Shown: one piece after another, positions 27,639 through 36,540 of the stretch
How positions within the stretch are numbered: position 1 is the first letter of the stretch
Layout of the letters: the number at the start of each line of letters is the position of its first letter
From: Gemmatimonadales bacterium
GTDB lineage: Bacteria > Gemmatimonadota > Gemmatimonadetes > Gemmatimonadales > GWC2-71-9
Length of the DNA stretch: 64,000 nt
Reading direction: 5' to 3'
NCBI GenBank assembly: GCA_037189525.1
Contig: JBBCJC010000005.1
Location: 288,001 to 352,000 of the forward strand
The notes under the pieces: generated by a model
Database searches by the model: none
Seen by the model: only the letters and a program-made list of their open reading frames with translations
Told to the model about the DNA's origin: nothing
Translations under genes and position numbers: made by a program

Positions 27639-28025
27639 TCAGGCCGCCACACCCGCCGGCGCCGCCGACAGACCGGCCGCCACGTTCCGGTTGATGTCGA
27701 TCAGGATCCGGAGCTTGTTCGAAGCCGGGAACGCCATCACGTCGAAGGTCCGCTTGTCGATGAACTCGATCAGGTTGAGCAGCTGCACCTTGAGCTCACG
27801 CGGCAGCGGATTGTCCTCCGACGCCAGTTCGGTCTGGAAGAAGGTCCAGAGCCGCTGATTGAGCTTCAATGCCTCGTCCAGCCGGCGCTCGCGATCGGGA
27901 GCGTCCCACTGGTCGTGAACCACTTGCAGCGCCCGGGCGGCGCGGAAGAGCGCCGAAGCTTCGAGTTGGCGGCCGCTCGTCGAAATTTTTTCGACCGTGG
28001 CGTAGGCGTCAGCGATGCGCGACAT
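27639..28025 (-). CDS. flaF: Flagellar biosynthesis regulator FlaF
   Basis: AYA...SGRQLEASALFRAA...EALKLNQRLWTFFQTELASEDNPLPRELKVQLLNL...LIDINRNVAAGL. Confidence 0.93.
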   Translation of the reverse strand: MSRIADAYATVEKISTSGRQLEASALFRAARALQVVHDQWDAPDRERRLDEALKLNQRLWTFFQTELASEDNPLPRELKVQLLNLIEFIDKRTFDVMAFPASNKLRILIDINRNVAAGLSAAPAGVAA

Positions 28026-28404
28026 GACTGATGAGTTCCTCTTCGTAGGCGATCAGTTTGCGCCCCAACTTGAGCGCTTGGTAGTACTGTCCGGCGCCGA
28101 TGCGATCGCTCATTTCGGTCAGGAGGCCCCCCATGCTGGGCGACGCCTCCAGAACTTCGCGGACGAGCTGCCAGTACAGTTGCTGGTGATCGGATTCATG
28201 CTCGCGGTCGACGTAGAGCAGCTGGATCGCAAAGTAGATCCGGCGGCAGGGGCTCGTCGCCTCGTCGATCGAGAGCACTTCCTTACCCCGAAGTATCGGC
28301 ACGTCGTTCTCGATAATGAGCGCGCACCGGGAGTCGCCGTTTCGCACGACGGCATTACCGACGATCAACCGCTCGCCGGCTTTGAGAGAAATTCTGAGTG
28401 GCAT
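28009..28404 (-). CDS. flbT: Flagellar biosynthesis regulator FlbT
   Basis: MPLRISLKAGERLIVGNAVVRNGD...ILRGKEVLSIDEATSPCRRIYFAIQLLY...YYQALKLGRKLIAYE. Confidence 0.95.
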   Translation of the reverse strand: MPLRISLKAGERLIVGNAVVRNGDSRCALIIENDVPILRGKEVLSIDEATSPCRRIYFAIQLLYVDREHESDHQQLYWQLVREVLEASPSMGGLLTEMSDRIGAGQYYQALKLGRKLIAYEEELISHVAHR

Positions 28405-28411
28405 GAACGCC

Positions 28412-28999
28412 TCAGGGAAAACGACGAAGGAAACCGGCGTCCGATGCAGTCAGTCCGGCATCGACCTGCGCCAGCGCGCTGCCCGCGGCACGGCTGGCCG
28501 CGGCCGCTCCCGATTCCGCCGGCGACGCGGCGCCGGCCGCGAGCGAAGCCCGGGTCGAGCCGATGGTATCGACCAGCGCGCCGAGATCCGCGACGGCCTG
28601 TTCCGCCCGTTCGGTCGAGGCGTTAGGCGCCAACGCCTGCAGCGTCAGCCCTTCCAAGCGAGCCACTTCGGTCGCGAGTCCGTTGAACTGGCGGATCGTT
28701 TCCGCCCGGCGCGATTCGTTGATCGGATACGGCGGGTACAGCTTGACCTGCTCCAGGTTGAAGCGCAGCGTTTCAGCATCGCGCGCGACCCGACCCAACT
28801 TCTGATCGAGATGACGAACGCGCGCCGCATCCGTCCACGATCCGCTCCGTAACTGGCCCGCCCCGATTTCGACGGTGGCCACGTCCGCAGCAGGCGCGTC
28901 CCCGCCCCGCCGCCCGTTCCCGGCCGGCGATGGCGAAACGCCCTCCCATCGACCGGGAACGGTCGGTGTGAAGGCAGTGCGCATCTGGTCCGTTACCAT
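28412..28999 (-). CDS. Hypothetical protein between fliC and flbT
   Basis: 195-aa ORF with GAGGTG RBS; helical core LEQVKLYPPYPINESRRAETIRQFNGLATEVARL. Confidence 0.7.
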   Translation of the reverse strand: MVTDQMRTAFTPTVPGRWEGVSPSPAGNGRRGGDAPAADVATVEIGAGQLRSGSWTDAARVRHLDQKLGRVARDAETLRFNLEQVKLYPPYPINESRRAETIRQFNGLATEVARLEGLTLQALAPNASTERAEQAVADLGALVDTIGSTRASLAAGAASPAESGAAAASRAAGSALAQVDAGLTASDAGFLRRFP

Positions 29000-29027
29000 A
29001 TGCTATCACCTCACGTCTGTGGGAGAC

Positions 29028-29056
29028 TCAGACGGGGAGGGAATCTCCCCGCCTGA
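29028..29056 (-). terminator. Hairpin after fliC (attenuating terminator or stabiliser)
   Basis: Minus strand TCAGGCGGGGAG-ATTCC-CTCCCCGTCTGA; no strong U-tract. Confidence 0.55.
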
Positions 29057-29072
29057 ACCCCACCTGCCCTGA

Positions 29073-29888
29073 TTAGAAGAGCCGGAGGATCGCCTGCTGG
29101 CTCTGGTTCGCCAGGCTCAAGGAGATCACACCGAGCTGCTGGCGCGTCTGCAGCGACAGCAGGTTGGCGCCTTCTTCGTTCTGGTCCGCAACCGTCAGCT
29201 TGTCGGCACCTTCCCGAAGGACGTTGCGCATCTCGTCCAGGAAGTTGTCGCGGATCGTCAGCTGGCTCGAAACCGCGCCGAGCGTCGCCGAGTTGGTCCG
29301 GAGGGTCGACTGCGCCGTGTTGAGCTGGCTCACCGCGGCGTCGAGGGCCGAATCCGCCGTCCAGGTGCTGGTGGCAATCGTGGACACTGCGAGACCGGTA
29401 GTCGACGAGGCGTCGAAGCCGTTGATCGAGATCTTCGAGCTGCCGTCCTCGTTGGTCTTGACCACGAGCTCGCTGCTGGCCGTCAGGAGGTTGGTGCCTT
29501 TGTACTTGGCATCCGTCGCGGCCTGGTCGATCTGCTTCAGCACCTCGTTGAACTGCGCAGCCAGGGTCGAACGGCCGGCCGTGGTGGCCGAACGCGCCGA
29601 CTCGGCGAGACCCTTGGCGGTCTCGACCAGCTTCGAGATCGTCTCGATGCCCGACGAGGCGGCCTTAATGGTCTGGATCGCTTCGCCGATCTCGTTCTTC
29701 CGGGCGGCCAGGTCGTTGGCGCGGCCACGAGCGTTCTGCGCCGCGAAGTACGCGGTCGCGTCGTCGATCGGGTTGTTGACCTTGAGGCCGGAGGCCAGCC
29801 GCTGCTGGGTGGTCCCGATCAGCGAGGCCGTGTTCTGCAGGGTAAGGAGGTTGGCGCGAATGCCAGAGGAAAGTGAAACGTCAGCCAT
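29073..29888 (-). CDS. fliC: Flagellin (short, alphaproteobacterial-like N-terminus)
   Basis: MADVSLSSGIRANLLTLQNTASLIGTTQQRLASGLKVNNPIDD...ADQNEEGANLLSLQTRQQLGVISLSLANQSQQAILRLF; 271 aa. Confidence 0.96.
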   Translation of the reverse strand: MADVSLSSGIRANLLTLQNTASLIGTTQQRLASGLKVNNPIDDATAYFAAQNARGRANDLAARKNEIGEAIQTIKAASSGIETISKLVETAKGLAESARSATTAGRSTLAAQFNEVLKQIDQAATDAKYKGTNLLTASSELVVKTNEDGSSKISINGFDASSTTGLAVSTIATSTWTADSALDAAVSQLNTAQSTLRTNSATLGAVSSQLTIRDNFLDEMRNVLREGADKLTVADQNEEGANLLSLQTRQQLGVISLSLANQSQQAILRLF

Positions 29889-29995
29889 GGGAACTGCTCC
29901 TGTCCTAGGGATCTGGGGCGAGGCTTCTCCTCGCCCCCTGCGACCGCGTCGTCATCGCCTTTCTGGCGAGCGACCTTCGATCGGTACGTTCTTAG

Positions 29996-30023
29996 GTTTC
30001 GGCAGCCCCCCTCAAAAGCTTTA
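29996..30023 (-). promoter_or_regulatory. sigma28 promoter of fliC
   Basis: Minus strand TAAA-N16-GCCGAAAC; the -35 TAAA includes the TAA stop of the upstream TPR gene. Confidence 0.8.
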
Positions 30024-31862
30024 GCCCTGCCCCAACAGCCCGGACCGGATCTCGGTCATGACCCGGCCATGGTCCGCCTCGCCCGGGCGCAGCGCGGCGA
30101 CCTGAATCGACGGGAACCAGGGAGACCGGCTCCCCCCGAAGACGGTCCAGTCGCTGCCGCTGTCGACCTGCCAGGTCGGGCACCCCACCGCCCCGGCCAG
30201 CGAGCTGACCGCCGTCGGCGCCGTCACCACGGCATCGAGGTTGGCGAGCAATCCGACCACCGATTCGAGGTCGTTCCGGAGATCGACGTCGGCCCACCGG
30301 TGAATCCGGCGACCCCACTGGCTTTCGATCGCGGTCAGTTCGGCCTCGCAGTCGTCATACTGCAGATTGATCCAGGTAATTCCCGGCGTCTCGAGCAGCG
30401 ACCGGAAGGCCACCAGCGGCGCGTACTGCTTCTGGCGATCCGGCGTGACCAGACCGCTTCGCCAGCAGAGCCCGACCCGGCGCCCTTCGCCTAACGATGC
30501 CAGCCGCGCACGCCACTGCTCGACCTGGACCGGGTCCGGCGCGAGGAGCGCCTCGGCCGCCGGGAATGCTCCCCGGGTCCGGCGCACCCAGCGCGGCAGG
30601 CTCGCGAGACCGACCTGCCAATCGAACTCTCCTGCGGGCGGCGTCGTGAGATCGTCGGCCACCACGCGCACCTCGGGAAAAGCCCGGGTCACCAGCGAGA
30701 CCAGCCGCTCGCTGACGGCAACGGTAACCTGCGCACCTGCCTCGACCAGATCCGGCAGGCAGGTCAGGAAGAGGAGTTCATCGCCGATCCCCTGCTCCCG
30801 CCAGACGAAGATCCGCGCCCCCGCCAGCGGCTCGCCTTGCCACGAGGGCCACGACAGCGTCCGCGGTTCCGGCCGCGCCGCCTCAGTCCGATGGCGCCAC
30901 TCATATTCGTCCCAGCCCGCGCCGAGCGCGCCGGACGCCAACAGCGTGAACGACCGGTTCCAGCGCGCCTGGGCCAATTCTGGAGCCGCGGCAATGGCCC
31001 GATTGTGGGCCGTCAACCCTTCGGCCAACCGGCCCTGGTCGTGCAGCAGATTGCCTAACGTCGACCACGCCTCGGCGTAGCCAGGCTCGAGCGCCACCGC
31101 GCGTTCGAGATCCGCCTGCGCACCAGCCAGGTCGCCCAATTCGCGCCGCGCATTGGCCCGGTTGAGGTACGCTCCCGGGCGACCGGGAGCCAGTTCCACC
31201 GCCCGATCCGTGGCGACCAGCGCCTGCTGATACCGGCCCAGCGCCGTCAGCACCGTCCCCAGATTGGCCTGCGCCTCGAAGAGCTCGGGTTCGACCGAGA
31301 CCGCCTGGGTGTACGCGATGGCCGCCGCCTCGAACAGTTCCTGCGACTGCAGACCGACCCCCAGATAGAAGAGCGCCGCGGCATCGACCGGCGACTGCCC
31401 CAGATGAATCAGTAGCTGCGTTACCGCCTCCGACCAGCGCTGATCGGCCAGCGCGATCCGTCCCAGCGCTCGTGGTGCCCAGCGGGCCGGCAGATCGAGG
31501 CTGAGCAGCGATCGGGCCTGGTCGATCTCACCACTGTCGAGCACGATGTCGGCCAAGGCGGCTGCGGCTTCGGCGCGATCGGCATCGAGACGCAGCGCCT
31601 CTTCGAGAGCTTCCTGCGCATCACTGCGATGCACGGCGCCGAGCAGCGCCAGTCCCAGATCTTCGTGGTAGCGCGCCTCACCCGGCGCCCGCGCAGCCGC
31701 CTGCCCGATCAGGGCGAGTTCGAGATCGTGCTGTCCCAGCTGCCCCATCACACGACCGAGACCATGGAGCGCACTGGCATCATCCGGATTGCGACTCAGC
31801 GCGACGTGATACTCTTCGGCCAGCCGCGCCAGGGCCGGGTCGACCTGCTCTACGGTGCTCAC
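30021..31862 (-). CDS. TPR + GT-B glycosyltransferase, FlmG/FlbA-like (paralog 5)
   Basis: N-terminal TPRs; C-terminal GWDEYEWR...WQGEPLAGARIFVWREQGIGDELLF...VGLCWRSG...INLQYDDC...DLRNDLE...APTAVSSLAGA...SPW. Confidence 0.85.
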   Translation of the reverse strand: MSTVEQVDPALARLAEEYHVALSRNPDDASALHGLGRVMGQLGQHDLELALIGQAAARAPGEARYHEDLGLALLGAVHRSDAQEALEEALRLDADRAEAAAALADIVLDSGEIDQARSLLSLDLPARWAPRALGRIALADQRWSEAVTQLLIHLGQSPVDAAALFYLGVGLQSQELFEAAAIAYTQAVSVEPELFEAQANLGTVLTALGRYQQALVATDRAVELAPGRPGAYLNRANARRELGDLAGAQADLERAVALEPGYAEAWSTLGNLLHDQGRLAEGLTAHNRAIAAAPELAQARWNRSFTLLASGALGAGWDEYEWRHRTEAARPEPRTLSWPSWQGEPLAGARIFVWREQGIGDELLFLTCLPDLVEAGAQVTVAVSERLVSLVTRAFPEVRVVADDLTTPPAGEFDWQVGLASLPRWVRRTRGAFPAAEALLAPDPVQVEQWRARLASLGEGRRVGLCWRSGLVTPDRQKQYAPLVAFRSLLETPGITWINLQYDDCEAELTAIESQWGRRIHRWADVDLRNDLESVVGLLANLDAVVTAPTAVSSLAGAVGCPTWQVDSGSDWTVFGGSRSPWFPSIQVAALRPGEADHGRVMTEIRSGLLGQG

Positions 31863-32626
31863 GATTCTGTCCTTTCGACGACCGACGCCGCCACCCTGCG
31901 GCTCGGATCCCAGGTATGTCCTGCCTGATCACGCCGCATCTGTGATTCATCGGCTCGGCACCAGGCGACGATCTCCCGGTACGATCCGATCCGTTCTCCA
32001 AGCTCGAGGGCATCATAGACCCGCCGCACGAAGGCGAGGTCCTCCGCCGTATCCACCGTCCACCGCAAATCGCTCGCGTCCTCCGCGGCCCGAACGCTCC
32101 GCACCCGAAACGCATCGGGCGCCTCCAACCGCGCCGGAATGGTTACATGTTCCCGAGCCGCCGCCGAGGTGCCTAGACGATCCATCCGATCGAGCGCCTC
32201 GCGGGTAAAGACTTCCGTATCGAGCCCGCGCGGGTAGCTCCGCTCGAGCACGTTGGCCGCGTAGTCGAAAGGCCCGTCGAGCGCCGCGATCGTCTCATCG
32301 ATGACCGCCGGATCGAGCAACGGACAGTCCGCCGTCAATCGCACGATCCTCGTGGCCCGAGCCAACTCGGCCGTGGCCACGAAACGGCCCAGCACATCGG
32401 ACTCGGATCCGCGGAACGACGGCACCGCGTTGGCTTCACACCACCGGGCAATCGGATCGTCGGCCGGCCCGGTCGTGCACGCCACCCAGACCGCATCGAC
32501 CCGCTTCGCCGCCTGCGCACGCCGGACGACACGATCGAGCATCGGCTTGCCGGCCAGGTCCATCAATACCTTGCCCGGCAGTCGCGACGACGTCATCCGC
32601 GCCTGAACGATTGCGACCACGCTCAT
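31859..32626 (-). CDS. spsF: SpsF/PseF-type acylneuraminate cytidylyltransferase (second copy)
   Basis: AIVQARMTSSRLPGKVL, RGSESDVLGRF, VRLTADCPLLDP, YPRGLDTEVF, REHVT, RWTVDTAED. Confidence 0.88.
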   Translation of the reverse strand: MSVVAIVQARMTSSRLPGKVLMDLAGKPMLDRVVRRAQAAKRVDAVWVACTTGPADDPIARWCEANAVPSFRGSESDVLGRFVATAELARATRIVRLTADCPLLDPAVIDETIAALDGPFDYAANVLERSYPRGLDTEVFTREALDRMDRLGTSAAAREHVTIPARLEAPDAFRVRSVRAAEDASDLRWTVDTAEDLAFVRRVYDALELGERIGSYREIVAWCRADESQMRRDQAGHTWDPSRRVAASVVERTES

Positions 32627-33579
32627 GGCCGCTCCCAGGTTGCGACGTAGTAGGGAGTCGGAACCGCTCCGAAACTGGTCTTGAAGTCGCCGCGCGACGG
32701 GGAGTTGAGCCCGACGACGTCGAGCGCCGTCAAACCACGCGCCAGAGCACGCTCCGCACCGCTCAGGAAGAGCAGCGTCGACACTCCCGCCGACCGATAG
32801 TCCGGATCGTTGGCCGCGACGAGGTAATACGCCGAGGTCTGATCGAAGAGGAAGAGAACGGCGCCCGCGGCGATGCCATCGCCATCGAAGGCCACCAGCA
32901 GCTCACCGAACCCATGCTCCAGGGCGGCGGCGGTAATCGACCGGAGCAACCGTCCTTCTCGTTCGCTGCGCACGATTCCCTGCCGGTCGAAGGTCCGCCG
33001 ATGCAGGCCGTCGAGCAGATCGAGATCCTCCGACGGCTCGACCCGGAATCGTGTCGCGGCCTTTCGGTATTCCTGCCGTCGTACCGTACGCGCCCCGGCC
33101 AGCACACCATCGAGCCCGGCGGCCGGGTCGAGCGCGATGATACCGGTGTACCGGACCTCGATCCGGAACTGCCCCAGTTCGGGCTCGTGATAGTGGAACC
33201 AGCTGAGCGCTCGTATGTCCGTCAACGACGGATGGAGACACCACGAAAGGCGCGCTTCGCCCGAGAGCCCGTCGAGCAAGCTGCCCACCGAATCGAGCTC
33301 ACGCCGGACCTTGCGATGCGGCGCCTCGTCGGGACGATGCGGGAGGAAAATCCCCTGATAGAGACAGAACGGCACCGGCGCCCGCACCGCCGTCCCTGCA
33401 TCGCGCAGCACCAGTGCGGCGGCCTCCGGGCAGTCGACCGCTCCCCCAACCGATCGGACTTCCCAGCTGACGTCCAGGGCATCGAGCAGTTCAGCCCGGC
33501 TGAAGACCGAGCCCTGCGGTGAGGCCGAGACGTAGCGGTTCCAGGCCGTCCGGTCGGCGGATACGAGCGTGGTGGTCAT
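32623..33579 (-). CDS. GNAT/FemAB-like acyltransferase
   Basis: WNRYVSASPQGSVF...AYYLVAAND...GLNSPSRGDFKTSFGA; ATG 33579 overlaps the upstream stop (ATGA). Confidence 0.75.
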   Translation of the reverse strand: MTTTLVSADRTAWNRYVSASPQGSVFSRAELLDALDVSWEVRSVGGAVDCPEAAALVLRDAGTAVRAPVPFCLYQGIFLPHRPDEAPHRKVRRELDSVGSLLDGLSGEARLSWCLHPSLTDIRALSWFHYHEPELGQFRIEVRYTGIIALDPAAGLDGVLAGARTVRRQEYRKAATRFRVEPSEDLDLLDGLHRRTFDRQGIVRSEREGRLLRSITAAALEHGFGELLVAFDGDGIAAGAVLFLFDQTSAYYLVAANDPDYRSAGVSTLLFLSGAERALARGLTALDVVGLNSPSRGDFKTSFGAVPTPYYVATWERP

Positions 33580-34169
33580 CGGTAGACGAACACGGCGACG
33601 TCGCACCGCTCATAATGATGTTCGATCCGGACTCGACGCGACAACCGGCGCACACAGAAATCGAAGACTCGCGCCGGATCGTGGTACGCCATCGTCGCAT
33701 CGGTGAAGTTGTGATGCGACGACAGAAAGTTGAATCCGAGCCCACGCTCCGCATGGTCCCAGGACCGTTCGATCAGCGCTTCGAGGAACGAAGTCGGGTC
33801 CGGAATGGCATTGTTGAAAATCGCCGACAGCAGCACATAGTCGAACCGCCCCACCCGGGCGCCACTCAGCAAATCCGCGACCTGGAACTGCGCCTCGGGA
33901 TACTTGGCTGCGGCGCACTCGACCATATCAGGTACGACATCGACCCCGGTATAGCGAGTCCGCGGATACCGCGCGCGTAGGTATGGATATAGGTCAGCCA
34001 GGCCACAACCGACATCGAGGACGTCGGCGCCGTCGAGATCCGCAATCTCCAGCAGCTTGAGAAAGCGGAACCGCTGGCCCTCGGCGCTCATCTGCGTGGC
34101 GAGCGGCGCATCACCATGCTCGCGGAACAAGGCGCCGTAGTGGGCGCTCAGATCGGCAACGGAACTCAT
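33576..34169 (-). CDS. Class I SAM-dependent methyltransferase
   Basis: VLDVGCGLADLY...YTGVDVVPDMV. Confidence 0.88.
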   Translation of the reverse strand: MSSVADLSAHYGALFREHGDAPLATQMSAEGQRFRFLKLLEIADLDGADVLDVGCGLADLYPYLRARYPRTRYTGVDVVPDMVECAAAKYPEAQFQVADLLSGARVGRFDYVLLSAIFNNAIPDPTSFLEALIERSWDHAERGLGFNFLSSHHNFTDATMAYHDPARVFDFCVRRLSRRVRIEHHYERCDVAVFVYR

Positions 34170-35440
34170 ACGGCCTCGAGCACCCCGGCATGGCGCAGCA
34201 CCTTCTCGAATGCCTGGACGACGTCATCGAGATCGGCCCGGCTCACCCCGGCGTGGCACACGGTGAGATAGAGCAGTTCCTGCTCGTGCATCCGCTCCGC
34301 CACCGGGCAAAGTCCGTCGGGATACCGCACCGGCGCCCTGCCCTGCTGGCGGAATGGGAACCCGTCGCGGCCAAGCGCAATACCCTGTCGATACATCGGC
34401 TGGCGATAGAGCGGTTCGACGTAGCCCACATGGATCGGCACGCCCTCGGCGCGCACCGCCTCGGCAAAGCGGCCGCGGCTGAGGCCGGTGGCCTGCGCAT
34501 CGTACTTGATGGCATAGACGTAGTAGCCGTGGCGGACACCCTCGCGGACCGCCGGAGGAGTCAGGCCGGTCATCCCTCTGACTTGTGCCGTCAGATAGTC
34601 GGCGGCGTCGATCCGAGGCTGCACCAGTCCCTCGAGCTTGCGCAGCTGTTCAAGCGCAATGGCCGCTTCGATTTCCGTCATCCGATAGTTGAACCCGACC
34701 ATGTTGACCAGATCGTCGTGCCCTTTGGCCTTGACGACGGCCTCGCCATGGTTGCGAATCAACTGGAGCCGTTCGGCCAGGCGTGAATCGTCGGTGACGA
34801 CGATGCCCCCCTCGCCGCTGTGGATCGTCTTGTGATAGTTGAGGCTGAACACGCCCATGTCGGCCAATGTGCCTGCCCAGCGATTGCCCATCCGGGCGCC
34901 CGGCGCCTGCGCCGTATCTTCGATCAGGACGATATCCCGGCCCGCCGTAACCGCACGCAGTTCATCCCACGCCGCGGGGTGACCGAAGATGTCGACCCCG
35001 ATGATCGCACGAGTCCGGTCGGTCAGCAAACGGCGGACTGATTCGGGATCGAGACAGAAGGTGTCCGGATCGATGTCTGCAAAGACCGGCACCGCGCCGT
35101 AGACGATTGCGGCCGCAGCCGAAGCACTCATGGTATAGGGCGACACGATCACTTCGTCGCCTGGCCCCACGCCAGCCGCGCCGACTGCCGCGTAGAGCCC
35201 GGAGGTGGCCGAGTTGACCGAGACCGCGTAGGCCACCTCGAAATGGCGCGCCCAGGCCGATTCGAGCGCCTGCACTCGCGGCCCTCCGAAAAAATCGGGA
35301 CCCCAGACCCCGACGAACTGCGACAGCACCCCGCTGTCGAGCACCTCGAGCACCGCACGGCGTTCCTCGGCCCCAATGGTGTTGTAGATCGGAAAAGGGG
35401 CCGTCCGAACCGGAGTGCCGCCTTGAATGGCCAATTTCAT
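34166..35440 (-). CDS. DegT/DnrJ/EryC1/StrS PLP-dependent sugar aminotransferase (second copy)
   Basis: VNSATSGL, GPGDEVIV, IEDTAQA, FSLNYHKTIHSGEGG, GFNYRMTE. Confidence 0.92.
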   Translation of the reverse strand: MKLAIQGGTPVRTAPFPIYNTIGAEERRAVLEVLDSGVLSQFVGVWGPDFFGGPRVQALESAWARHFEVAYAVSVNSATSGLYAAVGAAGVGPGDEVIVSPYTMSASAAAAIVYGAVPVFADIDPDTFCLDPESVRRLLTDRTRAIIGVDIFGHPAAWDELRAVTAGRDIVLIEDTAQAPGARMGNRWAGTLADMGVFSLNYHKTIHSGEGGIVVTDDSRLAERLQLIRNHGEAVVKAKGHDDLVNMVGFNYRMTEIEAAIALEQLRKLEGLVQPRIDAADYLTAQVRGMTGLTPPAVREGVRHGYYVYAIKYDAQATGLSRGRFAEAVRAEGVPIHVGYVEPLYRQPMYRQGIALGRDGFPFRQQGRAPVRYPDGLCPVAERMHEQELLYLTVCHAGVSRADLDDVVQAFEKVLRHAGVLEAV

Positions 35441-36540
35441 GAAGTCACCTCGGAAAAATCACGAGCTCCCATTTCAACGACGAGGTCGAGCAGGCGCATC
35501 GTGGCGCCCGTGGCATGCAGGCGCAGCCGCTGCACCTCGCGCGCCGACCCCAGATGCGCCGGGCGTGCCAGCACCCGGTACAACGCCGAGCCGACCCCTG
35601 CCGCATCGATCACACCTTCACTCAGGCCCATGCGGTTGCTCGGCAGATGGTCCACGCCGATCAATCCCGGCTGGACGCTCACCACGCGGAGTCCCAGCAA
35701 CGCAGCCTGAAGCAACAGGGCACTGCTCATCCCGACGACCAGATCGGCCGCGAGTATCCAGGACAGCGGGTCGCCCTCATCGGCGCGACGCACCGCGACT
35801 TTGGCGGTGCCTTCCGGCAGCCACGCTCCCCCGTCCTGCCGCGGATGACTCCGCACCGCCAGCGTAATTCCGTGGCCCAGCCAGTCCGCCACGTTCTCGA
35901 CGCCGTCGCGCACCAGAGAAACGACCTGGTCTTCGTCGTACCCGATCCGGCTGCCGTACAGCGCGCGGATCGGCTGCGAAGCAAACAGGACCAGCGTCGC
36001 CTTACGCGATACGCCGACCCGTTCCCGAAAGGCCAGGCGCGCATCGCGATCGAACCCTTGCCCCTGCCTGAGGAGTACCTCGTAGTGAGGATTGCCCGTC
36101 GCCACGACCCGCTCGGCAGGCAGCCCCTCGGCCACGGCTTCCGCCGCGGCGACATCGTCGGGAACCGCAATCCGGTCCGGCAGGACGAGCCGGCCGTCGC
36201 TGCCCAGAAAGCGCGCCGCGTAGTTCGACCAGAAATCCACGACGGACAGCACCGGAATGCCCTCCCGCGTCGCGGCCCCGATATAGTCGAGTTCCGGCGG
36301 CTGCTCGGCCCAGGAGGTTCCTGTCAGCAGCACCGTCGGACTGGTCAGCTCGAGGAGCGCATTCGGCGTCCGCTCGACCAGCGGGCGATGCGGGATTCCC
36401 TCTCGGCGCAGAACCTGCTGGGCCGGGCCCGCGGCCCAGACGCCGGCGAGGGTCTTCCGCTGTTCGAGCAGCTTGAGCACCGGCACGACGGCTTCCGCGC
36501 CGCCGGCATCGCCGAGGACGCTAGCGACCGACAACTGCAT
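35437..36540 (-). CDS. Putative GT-B-fold transferase (CDP-glycerol glycerophosphotransferase / sialyltransferase-like)
   Basis: DAGGA, VDFWSNYAARF, LPDRIAV, TGNP, RSHPR and GMSSALLL motifs; inside the nonulosonate operon. Confidence 0.55.
   Translation of the reverse strand: MQLSVASVLGDAGGAEAVVPVLKLLEQRKTLAGVWAAGPAQQVLRREGIPHRPLVERTPNALLELTSPTVLLTGTSWAEQPPELDYIGAATREGIPVLSVVDFWSNYAARFLGSDGRLVLPDRIAVPDDVAAAEAVAEGLPAERVVATGNPHYEVLLRQGQGFDRDARLAFRERVGVSRKATLVLFASQPIRALYGSRIGYDEDQVVSLVRDGVENVADWLGHGITLAVRSHPRQDGGAWLPEGTAKVAVRRADEGDPLSWILAADLVVGMSSALLLQAALLGLRVVSVQPGLIGVDHLPSNRMGLSEGVIDAAGVGSALYRVLARPAHLGSAREVQRLRLHATGATMRLLDLVVEMGARDFSEVTS

Noticed and set aside
1..30000. Apparent absence of motA/motB, flgJ, flgK, flgN, fliD, fliS and chemotaxis genes
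   Set aside because: The cluster is cut at the left edge within flgI, so absence from the genome cannot be claimed
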